DNA of 59,146 nucleotides, the filler included. It is 3 parts of 3 records of this genome, joined end to end, with 100 filler letters (N's around TTAATTAATTAA, not from the genome) between each part and the next. Parts side by side here need not be neighbours in the genome. Positions count along the whole stretch, not along the records: positions 1 to 31,716 come from SRR20825006_2076; 2 more parts are not named here. One strand, written 5' to 3'. Positions 9,578 through 18,695 of this stretch are shown here, one piece after another (position 1 is the first letter of the stretch; each line of letters opens with the position of its first letter). Made by a program: the position numbers and the translations under genes. The notes under the pieces were generated by a model. The model was not told where the DNA came from and did not search any database. It saw nothing but the letters and a program-made list of their open reading frames with translations.

Positions 9578-10711
9578 ATGGATAAACTGATTCATCTGTG
9601 GGAAGTGACTGGTATCTACCAGATAACCCTCGGTCAGGGCGTGATGATTCTGATCGGCATGCTGCTGCTGTATCTCGCCATCAAGAAAAATTTCGAGCCG
9701 CTGTTGCTGGTACCCATTGGTTTCGGTGGTGTACTGGCGAATATTCCCGGAGCCGGTCTGGCTGAAGCTGGGGGCATTCTCCATATCTTCTACACCGTCG
9801 GTATCGAAAGCGGTGCCTTCCCGCTGATTATCTTTATGGGTGTCGGTGCGATGACCGATTTCGGCCCGTTGCTGGCAAACCCGAAAACCCTGTTTCTGGG
9901 TGCGGCAGCTCAGTTTGGTATCTTCGCCACACTGATGGGCGCCGTGGTGCTGTCTTATCTGGGCGTATTTGATTTCAGCCTGGCCGATGCGGCCGCGATT
10001 GGTATCATCGGCGGCGCTGATGGTCCGACATCAATTTACGTCGCCAGTAAGCTGGCACCGGAACTGCTGGGTGCGATTGCCGTGGCTTCCTATTCCTACA
10101 TGGCACTGGTACCTCTGATTCAGCCACCGATTATGCGTGCTTTGACCAGTGAGTCAGAACGTAAAATCAAGATGGTGCAGCAACGTCACGTTTCTCAGCG
10201 CGAGAAAATCGTGTTCCCATTGCTGCTGTTGATTCTGGTCGCTTTCCTGCTGCCTGATGCAGCGCCACTGCTGGGTATGTTCTGCTTCGGTAACCTGATG
10301 AAAGAATGTGCGGTCGTTGATCGCCTGAGCAATACCACTCAGAACTCACTGATCAATACCGTGACCATCTTCCTGGGTCTGGCTGTCGGCTCCAAGCTGA
10401 GCGCTGACAGCTTCCTGGATATGGCGACACTGGGCATTCTGGTGCTGGGCATGGTGGCTTTCGCTATCGGTACCGCTTCCGGCGTCATTATGGCCAAAGT
10501 CCTGAACAAGCTGGTCAAAGCACCGATCAATCCATTGATTGGTTCGGCCGGTGTCTCCGCGGTGCCGATGGCAGCCCGCGTATCCAACAAACTGGGACTT
10601 GAATCCGATCCGCATAACTTCCTGCTGATGCATGCCATGGGGCCGAATGTGGCCGGTGTGATTGGCTCAGCGGTCGCTGCCGGTATTCTGATTAATTACG
10701 CTGGCGGCTAA
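9578..10711 (+). CDS. oadB: Oxaloacetate decarboxylase, beta subunit
   Basis: [21 protein letters not shown] and [14 protein letters not shown] motifs. Confidence 0.97.
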   Translation: MDKLIHLWEVTGIYQITLGQGVMILIGMLLLYLAIKKNFEPLLLVPIGFGGVLANIPGAGLAEAGGILHIFYTVGIESGAFPLIIFMGVGAMTDFGPLLANPKTLFLGAAAQFGIFATLMGAVVLSYLGVFDFSLADAAAIGIIGGADGPTSIYVASKLAPELLGAIAVASYSYMALVPLIQPPIMRALTSESERKIKMVQQRHVSQREKIVFPLLLLILVAFLLPDAAPLLGMFCFGNLMKECAVVDRLSNTTQNSLINTVTIFLGLAVGSKLSADSFLDMATLGILVLGMVAFAIGTASGVIMAKVLNKLVKAPINPLIGSAGVSAVPMAARVSNKLGLESDPHNFLLMHAMGPNVAGVIGSAVAAGILINYAGG

Positions 10712-10721
10712 ACCAAAGCCC

Positions 10722-10748
10722 AAAAAAACCCGCTCCGGCGGGTTTTTT
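10722..10748. terminator. Bidirectional rho-independent terminator
   Basis: A7-CCCGC-TCCG-GCGGG-T6 between convergent genes. Confidence 0.9.
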
Positions 10749-10749
10749 A

Positions 10750-11049
10750 TTACTCTCTGACCAGCCTGGCACTGGCGATCCGGTCAACGGCTCCAATCAC
10801 CACGCAGGCAAAGCGGTCTATCGAAGCAGAGGATTCCACTGAAGTCATCCACTGACCGGTACCGTTCTCGGCTGGGATGTTAAGTGTGATGCCCTGATCG
10901 TCAGCCAGTTGCTGCAGCTCGGAAACAGAAATACCGGGTTCAATCAGCTCGCAAAAATCCTCAATGCGCCCGGTATCCCAGACATAATAGACGGGGTATA
11001 GAATAGCGAGGACAATAACTACTTGAGTCAGATTAACCAGAATTTTCAT
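10750..11049 (-). CDS. Hypothetical membrane-anchored protein
   Basis: ATG with AGGA RBS; N-terminal TM helix; two Cys; ends at the terminator. Confidence 0.75.
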   Translation of the reverse strand: MKILVNLTQVVIVLAILYPVYYVWDTGRIEDFCELIEPGISVSELQQLADDQGITLNIPAENGTGQWMTSVESSASIDRFACVVIGAVDRIASARLVRE

Positions 11050-11237
11050 TCGTTTTGTCCTGCAGCAGATAAGGTAAAATCGCGACTATAGCGACAACAA
11101 GTCTGAAATAGCTCGACTTTTGTCACATCCCTCAAGATACGCTATTTATTTTGTTGCAGTTTTATAAATACGGTCAATAGGTACAGCAGCTCAAATTCCA
11201 TCGCTGTTCAATGCCATATCCAGTTTAAAGGAGCCCC

Positions 11238-11456
11238 ATGAGCGAGACCATTCATGTTGTGTTAAGTCAAAGCCCGGTGGAGCTATACAAAATTCTCAAA
11301 TTTGAAGGCATCGCTGCCAGCGGCGCTGAAGCTAAAATGATGATCGATCAGGGCATGGTGACCGTTAACAATGAGGCGGAAAGTCGCAAGCGCCGCAAAA
11401 TTATCGGCGGTGACAAGATCCAGATTGGTGATATTTATCTGGTGATTTCTGATTAA
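11238..11456 (+). CDS. S4 domain RNA-binding protein (YbcJ/YaaA-like)
   Basis: ELYKILKFEGIAASGAEAKMMIDQGMVTVN...ESRKRRKI; AAGGAG RBS. Confidence 0.9.
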   Translation: MSETIHVVLSQSPVELYKILKFEGIAASGAEAKMMIDQGMVTVNNEAESRKRRKIIGGDKIQIGDIYLVISD

Positions 11457-12022
11457 TAATCAGAAAGTATTTTCTCAGCCAGTTGGCGCGCCTTTACAGC
11501 CGCTTGTTTATCACCTTGTACCTGTGCTGTCACGATCGCGCCTTCTTTGAGCAAAGACAACATATCCACCAGCCTTTCCTCATCCTCTGATAGCGCCAGC
11601 CTGGCTACCTGTTCTCTTATCAGTGATCGAACCCGCATTTTATGGTCATGGCATAGCTGATAAGCCCCTGCGGTCGAATCACCGTACTCACCGCAGGTAT
11701 TGATAAAGAAACACCCCTTGAAATCTGCCAGCATATCGACCCGATTGTTGAACCAGTCGTCCAGCGCATCAAACAGTTCCAGCAGCGCTGTTTTACCGGG
11801 GCCCGCTTGCTGCATTCTCGCTGCCAGCCAGTCAACAAACTTATCATCACGATAAATCAGTACCGCTTCCAGCAGAGATTCTTTACTACCGAAGTGACTG
11901 TACAAAGTTTTTTTGGCCACATTGGCCTGTTGCAGGATCTGATTGATCCCCACCGCATGAATACCATAGCGGTAAAACAGCTCAAAGGCCGTCTCGATCA
12001 GTTGTTGTCTCTTGTCCATCAT
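11453..12022 (-). CDS. TetR/AcrR family regulator (NemR-like)
   Basis: HTH AFELFYRYGIHAVGINQI...VAKKTLYSHFGSKE; GCFFIN motif. Start moved to ATG 12022 (MMDKRQQ). Confidence 0.92.
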   Translation of the reverse strand: MMDKRQQLIETAFELFYRYGIHAVGINQILQQANVAKKTLYSHFGSKESLLEAVLIYRDDKFVDWLAARMQQAGPGKTALLELFDALDDWFNNRVDMLADFKGCFFINTCGEYGDSTAGAYQLCHDHKMRVRSLIREQVARLALSEDEERLVDMLSLLKEGAIVTAQVQGDKQAAVKARQLAEKILSDY

Positions 12023-12048
12023 TGGCGCTTTCCTCAATGCAAAATAGT

Positions 12049-12100
12049 TTGACACGAGTAGACCACCCTGTCTACCATAAAGTAGACAAGTTGTTCTACT
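12049..12100. promoter_or_regulatory. Sigma70 promoter overlapped by two TetR operator dyads
   Basis: TTGACA (12049-12054), 18 nt, TACCAT (12073-12078). Dyads GTAGAC-N6-GTCTAC (12058-12075) and GTAGAC-N6-TTCTAC (12082-12099). Confidence 0.8.
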
Positions 12101-12112
12101 ACGGAGAACCCC

Positions 12113-12586
12113 ATGACTGACGAACCGAAAGCCCCCTTCCCGCCTTTTAGCGACGAAACTGCGCGTCTGAAGGTACGCCTGGCAGAAAATGCCTGGAACA
12201 GCAAAAACCCGGAAAAAGTCTCGCTGGCGTATACCTCAGACAGCCGCTGGCGTAATCGCACAGAATTTCCTCAGGGACGTGAGCAAATTAAGGCATTTTT
12301 AACGCGCAAGTGGGAGCGTGAGCTCGATTATCGCCTGGTCAAAGAACTCTGGGCTTATGACCATAACCGTATCGCGGTGCGTTTCGCCTACGAATGGCAT
12401 GACAATAACGGTAACTGGTATCGCTCCTATGGCAATGAAAACTGGGAGTTTGATGATAAGGGCTTGATGCAAAGCCGTTTCGCCAGCATTAACGATATGC
12501 CCATTAGCGAGGAAGACCGCCTGTTTCACTGGCCTAGCGGACCCAGACCCGATGATCATCCGGGCCTGAGTGACCTGGGCTTGTAG
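12113..12586 (+). CDS. DUF1348 / NTF2-like (SnoaL-like) protein
   Basis: [29 protein letters not shown] and [11 protein letters not shown] motifs. Confidence 0.92.
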   Translation: MTDEPKAPFPPFSDETARLKVRLAENAWNSKNPEKVSLAYTSDSRWRNRTEFPQGREQIKAFLTRKWERELDYRLVKELWAYDHNRIAVRFAYEWHDNNGNWYRSYGNENWEFDDKGLMQSRFASINDMPISEEDRLFHWPSGPRPDDHPGLSDLGL

Positions 12587-12620
12587 TACAAAAACGATTG
12601 TTGCGTTATAGAATACCCGC

Positions 12621-13295
12621 ATGACCAGTGCAACACGTCCGTCACCTGAATACGTCATCCTGCTTCACGGCCTGGCACGAACCGCGCGCTCAATGCGGAA
12701 GCTGGAAAAGTCTCTGCAACAGGCAGGCTATCAAACTTGTAACATCCACTACCCTTCCAGGAAGTTCTGTATAGCCTCATTGAGTGAAAAGGCTATCGGT
12801 GAGGCTTTGCGACAGATTCCAGTGTCAGCAAAAATCCACTTTGTCACCCACTCTCTGGGCGGCATTTTACTGAGGCAATACCTGCATCATCATGAGCTCC
12901 ATAATCTGGGTCGGGTAGTGATGCTGGGTCCCCCTAACCACGGCAGTCAGATTGCCGACTGGCTGCAGCCCTATTCTTTTTATCACTGGTTTTTCGGCCC
13001 AGTCGCTGCTGAACTTGGCACGACGGATAACACGCCACTCAAATCCCTGAACAGGATTGATTTTGAGGTCGGCATTATTGCAGGCAGACGCGCTGTTAAT
13101 ATTCTTTGCGCCCCTTTTCTTCCCAAACCTAATGACGGTCAGGTCACCGTGGCAAGCACCCGGCTGGAAGGCATGCAGGATCATATCTGCCTGGCGGTCA
13201 GCCATTCATTCATGATGAGCAGGCCAGTAGTGATTCGGCAAGTGCTCATTTTCCTGCAGCAGGGTCATTTTGATCATAACGGGAATCATTGCTGA
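12621..13295 (+). CDS. Alpha/beta hydrolase (lipase/esterase-like)
   Basis: LLHGL, THSLGG nucleophile, LGPPNHGS, NDG and HSFMM motifs. Confidence 0.9.
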   Translation: MTSATRPSPEYVILLHGLARTARSMRKLEKSLQQAGYQTCNIHYPSRKFCIASLSEKAIGEALRQIPVSAKIHFVTHSLGGILLRQYLHHHELHNLGRVVMLGPPNHGSQIADWLQPYSFYHWFFGPVAAELGTTDNTPLKSLNRIDFEVGIIAGRRAVNILCAPFLPKPNDGQVTVASTRLEGMQDHICLAVSHSFMMSRPVVIRQVLIFLQQGHFDHNGNHC

Positions 13296-13342
13296 ACACT
13301 ATCTGTCAGCAATAACAGACAATATTAAGACAAGGAGAAAAT

Positions 13343-14029
13343 ATGCATATTCTGATGGTTTTGACCTCACACGATCGACTGGGCGTCACCAGCGAAAAGA
13401 CCGGCTTCTGGTTAGAAGAATTTGCCGCACCCTATTATGTTTTTCGTGATGCTGATATCAAAGTCACGGTGGCCTCACCCCGAGGTGGTCAGCCGCCGCT
13501 GGATCCCAAGAGCGAAATGCCGGAGTTTCAAACACCAGCAACCGATCGCTTCAACAAAGATCGCTTTGCCCAGAAGCTACTGGCCAACACTGTGCCCCTG
13601 GCCCAGGTCAGCGCCGACAATTACGATGCCGTTTTCTATCCTGGTGGACATGGGCCGCTGTGGGATCTGGCGAAGTCTTCCTATTCCATTAGTCTGATCG
13701 AGGATTTCCTGGGACAGGATAAACCGGTTGCTACTGTCTGCCATGCGCCGGCAGTGCTGATTGATGTTCATGACAAACAAGGTCAGCCAATCGTGAAAAA
13801 CCGTGCAGTAACCGGTTTCAGCAACAGTGAAGAGGAAGCCGTCGGTCTCAGCCAGATTGTGCCATTCCTGCTGGAGGATGCCCTCAAATCCAGAGGCGGC
13901 TGTTTTGTTAAAGCCGAAGACTGGACTGAAAACTGCTGTGTCGATGGCCCACTGATAACCGGTCAGAATCCGCAGTCATCAGCAGCCACAGCGCAGGCCC
14001 TGCTTCAGAGCCTCAAACAGGCCGCTTAA
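13343..14029 (+). CDS. DJ-1/PfpI (type 1 glutamine amidotransferase-like, Hsp31-like) protein
   Basis: TGFWLEEFAAPYY, YPGGHGPLWDL, VCHAP and ITGQNPQS motifs. Confidence 0.93.
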   Translation: MHILMVLTSHDRLGVTSEKTGFWLEEFAAPYYVFRDADIKVTVASPRGGQPPLDPKSEMPEFQTPATDRFNKDRFAQKLLANTVPLAQVSADNYDAVFYPGGHGPLWDLAKSSYSISLIEDFLGQDKPVATVCHAPAVLIDVHDKQGQPIVKNRAVTGFSNSEEEAVGLSQIVPFLLEDALKSRGGCFVKAEDWTENCCVDGPLITGQNPQSSAATAQALLQSLKQAA

Positions 14030-14069
14030 CTGTTATAATCATGGGTTTTAACTGATTGAGATAAATCTG

Positions 14070-14351
14070 ATGGCAAAAGCAACGGCAAGACATATTCTGG
14101 TCGACAGCGAAGAAATCTGTCTGGAACTGAAACGTGAAATCGAACAGGGTGCCGACTTTGGTGATATCGCCAAAGAGCACTCTTCCTGCCCTTCCGGTCG
14201 CAGCGGCGGCGATCTGGGTGAGTTCGGTCCGGGCATGATGGTGCCGGAATTCGACAAGGTTGTGTTTTCAGCACCCGTTAATACCGTGCAAGGCCCGGTT
14301 AAAACCCAGTTCGGTTATCACCTGCTGGAAGTGACCAGCCGCACTGAATAA
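14070..14351 (+). CDS. ppiC: Parvulin peptidyl-prolyl isomerase
   Basis: ARHILV, HSSCPSG..GGDLGEF, MVPEFD and KTQFGYH motifs; 93 aa. Confidence 0.96.
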   Translation: MAKATARHILVDSEEICLELKREIEQGADFGDIAKEHSSCPSGRSGGDLGEFGPGMMVPEFDKVVFSAPVNTVQGPVKTQFGYHLLEVTSRTE

Positions 14352-14371
14352 GACTGAATGTCTTTTTCTAT

Positions 14372-14397
14372 AAAAGCCCCGTCAGCGGGGCTTTTTT
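14372..14397 (+). terminator. Rho-independent terminator (probably bidirectional)
   Basis: AAAAGCCCCG-TCAG-CGGGGCTTTTTT after ppiC. Confidence 0.9.
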
Positions 14398-14448
14398 GTT
14401 TCTAACGAGCAATAAAGATACTACCGCTCATCGTATAAGAAATAGCAC

Positions 14449-14520
14449 ATCCGCAGATTTCGCAGATTCTCACAGATGACTGTTCTAAATAATCTGCGAA
14501 CATCAGCGTGATCTGCGGAT
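14449..14520. repeat. Imperfect palindromic intergenic repeat, copy 2 (29-nt arms, 14-nt spacer)
   Basis: ATCCGCAGATTTCGCAGATTCTCACAGAT (14449-14477) ... ATCTGCGAACATCAGCGTGATCTGCGGAT (14492-14520); same family as 2-137. Confidence 0.88.
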
Positions 14521-14532
14521 ATATGCATTTCA

Positions 14533-16611
14533 TCATCGAACCAGACGATAATCCGGTAAATGATCAAGTAACTGTTTGCCATAGCCCTTGGTCAGCAGGC
14601 GCCGGTCCAGAATAGTAATCCGGCCACTGTCAGTTTCCTTGCGTAAAAGACGCCCACAGGCCTGAATCAGTTTTACACTGACCGCCGGCAAAGACAGTGC
14701 CGTAAAAGGCTGACCACCGCGGCGGATAATCCACTCCTGCTTGGCCTGCTCTATCGGTCGGGTGAAGACCGGAAACGGCAGTTTGGTAATGATGACGTGG
14801 GTACAGAGATTACCCGGCAGATCGACACCTTCAGCAAAACGGTCCATCCCGAAAATAATGCTGCCCTGCCCGGCTTCGATCTGTCGAATATGCCGCTGCA
14901 CCATGTTTTTGGGTGACAGCGTGTCACCCTGAATCAACACCAGCCGGCTGATCTCTGCCGGCAACTGCCGATACACCGCCTCCATCACCTCGCGGGAGGT
15001 AAACAGTACCAAAGTCGCCTCAGTGGTATCTATAACCTGTTTCAGTCTGCTAACAACCTCTCGGCGCCATTGCTGTTGCTGCTCATTAGGTAAAAATTGC
15101 ATCGCCGGGAGGTTTAACGTGGCCTGATCGTTGTAATTGAATGGTGACGGTACAGCCAGAAAATGCTGTTCAGAAAAACGATGCAGACCGCAGTCGATCC
15201 GGAAGCGGTGAAATAAGCCCATCCCACGTAAGGTCGCTGAGGTTAAAACCACACCAAATGCCCTTGTCCACAGACTGCGATCAAGAAAATAGGCGGCCGT
15301 CATCGGTCCGGCATGAATCACCAGCGTTTGTTGTTTGGCGAACTGCTCCACCGACAGCCAGCGGACATTCGGCGGGCGGTCTTCCTGGTCCGGTTCCAGA
15401 AACAGCCCCATAAAATCAATCAGATAGCCGAAGATATTCTGCACCGTGCCGACCTGCGGCAACAGGGCTTCACCGACTTTGTTGGAAAGTTGGGTTTTCT
15501 CCAGCCCTTCCTTGATCCATTTGGCCAGCACCGAATAATGCTTGTAAATATTATTCGCTCTTTGCAGGAGATTCTGACAGGGAATTAATAAGGCATTAAC
15601 CAAAGGACTGTTCCAGAAAATACGTGGTTCGCTGATCCGTTTTTCCAGTAAGTCATGCACCAGCCCGTCGCTCTGCAGAATCGTTTCCATCTGTTGCAGA
15701 TGGCTCATCACAGCCGGAAGATCTCTGCGCAGTTCACTGAGCATATAACCAAAATCATGCTGACGGAATGCCAGCGCTGACGGGATTTTCTTTAATACGC
15801 TGTCGGCTGTTTCCGTCGTTTGATACAACTGAATAAAGTTGAGTGCCTTGGCAGCGTGATCCAGTGCTTTGCGTGGCAGATTATGCGCCTCGTCGAATAC
15901 AAACAGCACTTCTTCCGGATTGGGCAGTACCAGACCGCCCCCCAGATCGGCATCACTGAGAATCAAATCGTGATTCGCCACCACCACCTGAGCACTGACC
16001 ATCTCGCGGCGTAATTTGTAATAAGGGCAGCGCAGATAAAACGAACAACTCTTGCCGGCACAGCCCTCGGAATCAGTGGAGACCTGGCTCCATAAATCCG
16101 AACTGATCTTGTCACTGCGACTGTCTCTGTCGCCATCCCATTGTTCCTGATCCCATTCGCTTAACATCTGCTTGGCTGCGGCCATGTGCAGTGCCTGCTG
16201 GTATTTGGCGTCGATATCGATATCCAGCGTTTGTTGTTCAGGTGCGGTCGCCAACTGACTGAGTTTACTGGGACACAAATAACGCCTGCGACCTTTGACC
16301 TGAACGAAACGAATCGGTTGTTCCAGTGCTGCAGAGAACTGCGGCAGATCTTTCTGAATCAGCTGTTGCTGCAGGTTGACCGTAGCGGTGCTGATCACCA
16401 GCGTTTTCTTGTTATTGATAGCCGCTTCAATCGCACCGCTCAGGTAAGCCAGTGTCTTGCCGACCCCGGTGGGGGCTTCGACCACAGCAATACGCTGCTG
16501 CGCCGGTTTTGCCATTTGATCGGCAATAAACTGGCTCATCTGCGCTTGCTGCGGCCGGGGTTTGAAATCGGGAATCGCTACCTGCAAACGCCGGAAAATG
16601 GCTTCTGACAA
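14533..16611 (-). CDS. dinG: ATP-dependent DNA helicase DinG
   Basis: EAPTGVGKT Walker A, DEAH box, four-Cys Fe-S cluster (C...CAGKSCSFYLRC), QACGRLLR motif VI; TTG start. Confidence 0.93.
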   Translation of the reverse strand: MSEAIFRRLQVAIPDFKPRPQQAQMSQFIADQMAKPAQQRIAVVEAPTGVGKTLAYLSGAIEAAINNKKTLVISTATVNLQQQLIQKDLPQFSAALEQPIRFVQVKGRRRYLCPSKLSQLATAPEQQTLDIDIDAKYQQALHMAAAKQMLSEWDQEQWDGDRDSRSDKISSDLWSQVSTDSEGCAGKSCSFYLRCPYYKLRREMVSAQVVVANHDLILSDADLGGGLVLPNPEEVLFVFDEAHNLPRKALDHAAKALNFIQLYQTTETADSVLKKIPSALAFRQHDFGYMLSELRRDLPAVMSHLQQMETILQSDGLVHDLLEKRISEPRIFWNSPLVNALLIPCQNLLQRANNIYKHYSVLAKWIKEGLEKTQLSNKVGEALLPQVGTVQNIFGYLIDFMGLFLEPDQEDRPPNVRWLSVEQFAKQQTLVIHAGPMTAAYFLDRSLWTRAFGVVLTSATLRGMGLFHRFRIDCGLHRFSEQHFLAVPSPFNYNDQATLNLPAMQFLPNEQQQQWRREVVSRLKQVIDTTEATLVLFTSREVMEAVYRQLPAEISRLVLIQGDTLSPKNMVQRHIRQIEAGQGSIIFGMDRFAEGVDLPGNLCTHVIITKLPFPVFTRPIEQAKQEWIIRRGGQPFTALSLPAVSVKLIQACGRLLRKETDSGRITILDRRLLTKGYGKQLLDHLPDYRLVR

Positions 16612-16614
16612 AAG

Positions 16615-17604
16615 CTAGCCTCCAACCTGATAAGTCAACGGCTTATCATGCAGATATTCCAGAATGTTATTGACCGTGGTCTCGGCGATATGCTGCAAGG
16701 CTTCTTTGGTGAAATAAGCCTGATGGCCAGTGACAATAACGTTAGGAAGCGTAATCAGACGCTGAATCACATCATCCTGAATAATATCCAGAGAGTGATC
16801 TTCAAAAAACAGACTGCCTTCCTGTTCATAAACATCAATGCCCAGGTAGGCAATATGATGGGCTTTAAGGCCATCCAGCACGGCCTGTGTATCCATCAAG
16901 GCGCCACGGCTGGTGTTAATCAGCATCACCCCTTGCTTCAGGCGTGCGACACTGTCGCGATTGATAAGATGTCGGGTGTGTTCATTGAGCGGACAATGCA
17001 GAGTAATGATATCGCTGCTGGCAAACAAGCTGTCCAGCGATGCCGTCTCATAGCCTTGCTGACGACATTTTTCTTCATTAAACGGATCATAAATCAGTAT
17101 CCGGCAACCAAATGCCCGCATTCTCTCCGCAACCAGCATGCCAATCTTGCCGCCGCCGATAATACCGAGCGTCTTGGCATAAAAATCAAAACCCAGCAGA
17201 CCATCCAACGAAAAGTTACCATCGCGGACACGGTTATAGGCACGGGGTAATTTACGACTCAAAGCCAGCATCAGAGCAATGGTATGTTCGGCAACAGCAT
17301 AAGGGGAATAGGCCGGCACATTCACAATGCAAATGGCAAGATCCTTTGCTGCCTGTAAGTCGACCTGATTGAACCCGGCACAGCGTAATGCAATCAGCCT
17401 AGTGCCGCCTTCAGCCAGCATGGTCAGTGTTTCCCGCCCCAAATCATCATTGACGAAGGCACTGACGATTTCTGCGCCCTGCGCCATCACCGCGGTAGAC
17501 GGATTCAGTGCCAGTTCCAGACACTGGAATTCAAGCTCATCCGTGGCAGCGCGCAACAGAAATGTCTGATCATAGGGTTTGGCACTGAAAACAGCGATTT
17601 GCAC
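16615..17604 (-). CDS. ldhA: D-lactate / 2-hydroxyacid dehydrogenase
   Basis: LRCAGFN, VPAYSPYAVAEH, GGGKIG, INTSRG, DVYEQE and TGHQAY motifs. Confidence 0.9.
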   Translation of the reverse strand: MQIAVFSAKPYDQTFLLRAATDELEFQCLELALNPSTAVMAQGAEIVSAFVNDDLGRETLTMLAEGGTRLIALRCAGFNQVDLQAAKDLAICIVNVPAYSPYAVAEHTIALMLALSRKLPRAYNRVRDGNFSLDGLLGFDFYAKTLGIIGGGKIGMLVAERMRAFGCRILIYDPFNEEKCRQQGYETASLDSLFASSDIITLHCPLNEHTRHLINRDSVARLKQGVMLINTSRGALMDTQAVLDGLKAHHIAYLGIDVYEQEGSLFFEDHSLDIIQDDVIQRLITLPNVIVTGHQAYFTKEALQHIAETTVNNILEYLHDKPLTYQVGG

Positions 17605-17741
17605 GGCAGAAACGGGTCCGTTGATGAAGGTTCAGATCCCTATTGTCCTAATCTCGCCGCTGCAATTCAATCTTTAATACTGTGCAAAACTTGAGGAAAT
17701 TTCTTACACTGCTATTAAGCGTCGACAGGAAGCACGGCATT

Positions 17742-18695
17742 ATGGCGACAAGACCTCACCGCCCTATCTGCACCTTATGCCTGAATCCGGCACTGGATGT
17801 GACTTACCACGTCACTAAGCTCATTCCTGATGAGAAATCCCGTGCCGACAGCGCCCGTTATGATCCCGGCGGCAACGGCATTAATATCGGCCGCGCACTG
17901 ACCCGCCTTGAGATTGAATCCCATACTATCTGCGTCATTGCCGGCGCTGTCGGTCGTATTTTCAAAACCCTGCTGGCTGAGCAGTTAAGTCATGTCGTCT
18001 ATGAGGAAGTCACGGGCGAAACCCGGATCAATACCACCATTATTGAGACCGGCAGCCATAATCAATTCCAGATAACCAGCAGCGGCACCGATATACCCGA
18101 ATCAGACATCGGCAGAATAGCCGACGACTTCATCGAAGTCACAGGCAGCGGCTACGGCATTATTACCGGCTCCTGCCAGCCGAATGTATCAATGTCTTTG
18201 TATGCCGATCTGGTTGATCGGATTAATCAACAGGGCGGCCGTGCGGTGGTCGATGTGCATGGAGAAATGCTGAAACGGGCCATTGTCGCCAAACCGTTTA
18301 TGATCAAACCCAACAAATACGAACTGGAAATGATGCTGAATGAGTCGCTTCCTACACCAGAAGCTGTCGCCCATAGCGCCAGACAGATTCAGCAAAGCGG
18401 CGTTAATTACGTCTGTGTCTCTCTGAGTCATGAGGGTGCCCTTCTGGTCACCCCCGAAAACAGCTATTTTGGGAAAGCGCTGGATGTCACTGTCAACACC
18501 ACGGTCGGTGCGGGAGACTCGATGGTCGCCGGTCTGGTGGCCGGTTTCAGTGAGCATGACATACCGGAAAAGATCCTGACACTGGGGCTTGCCTGCGGAG
18601 CCGGCACAGTGATGCACCCGGGTACCGAACTGTTTGATGAAAGTGATATTGAGCGTTTAAGCAAACTCGTGGTTATCAAAAAGCTCGATATTTAA
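17742..18695 (+). CDS. 1-phosphofructokinase family hexose kinase (PfkB)
   Basis: LNPALD, PGGNGIN, IKPNKYE and TVGAGDSMVAG motifs. Start ATG 17742 chosen over GTG 17682. Confidence 0.92.
   Translation: MATRPHRPICTLCLNPALDVTYHVTKLIPDEKSRADSARYDPGGNGINIGRALTRLEIESHTICVIAGAVGRIFKTLLAEQLSHVVYEEVTGETRINTTIIETGSHNQFQITSSGTDIPESDIGRIADDFIEVTGSGYGIITGSCQPNVSMSLYADLVDRINQQGGRAVVDVHGEMLKRAIVAKPFMIKPNKYELEMMLNESLPTPEAVAHSARQIQQSGVNYVCVSLSHEGALLVTPENSYFGKALDVTVNTTVGAGDSMVAGLVAGFSEHDIPEKILTLGLACGAGTVMHPGTELFDESDIERLSKLVVIKKLDI

Noticed and set aside
2..14520. GCAGAT repeats as a CRISPR array
   Set aside because: They are inverted arms in two distant copies, not direct repeats with regular spacers, and no cas genes are present.
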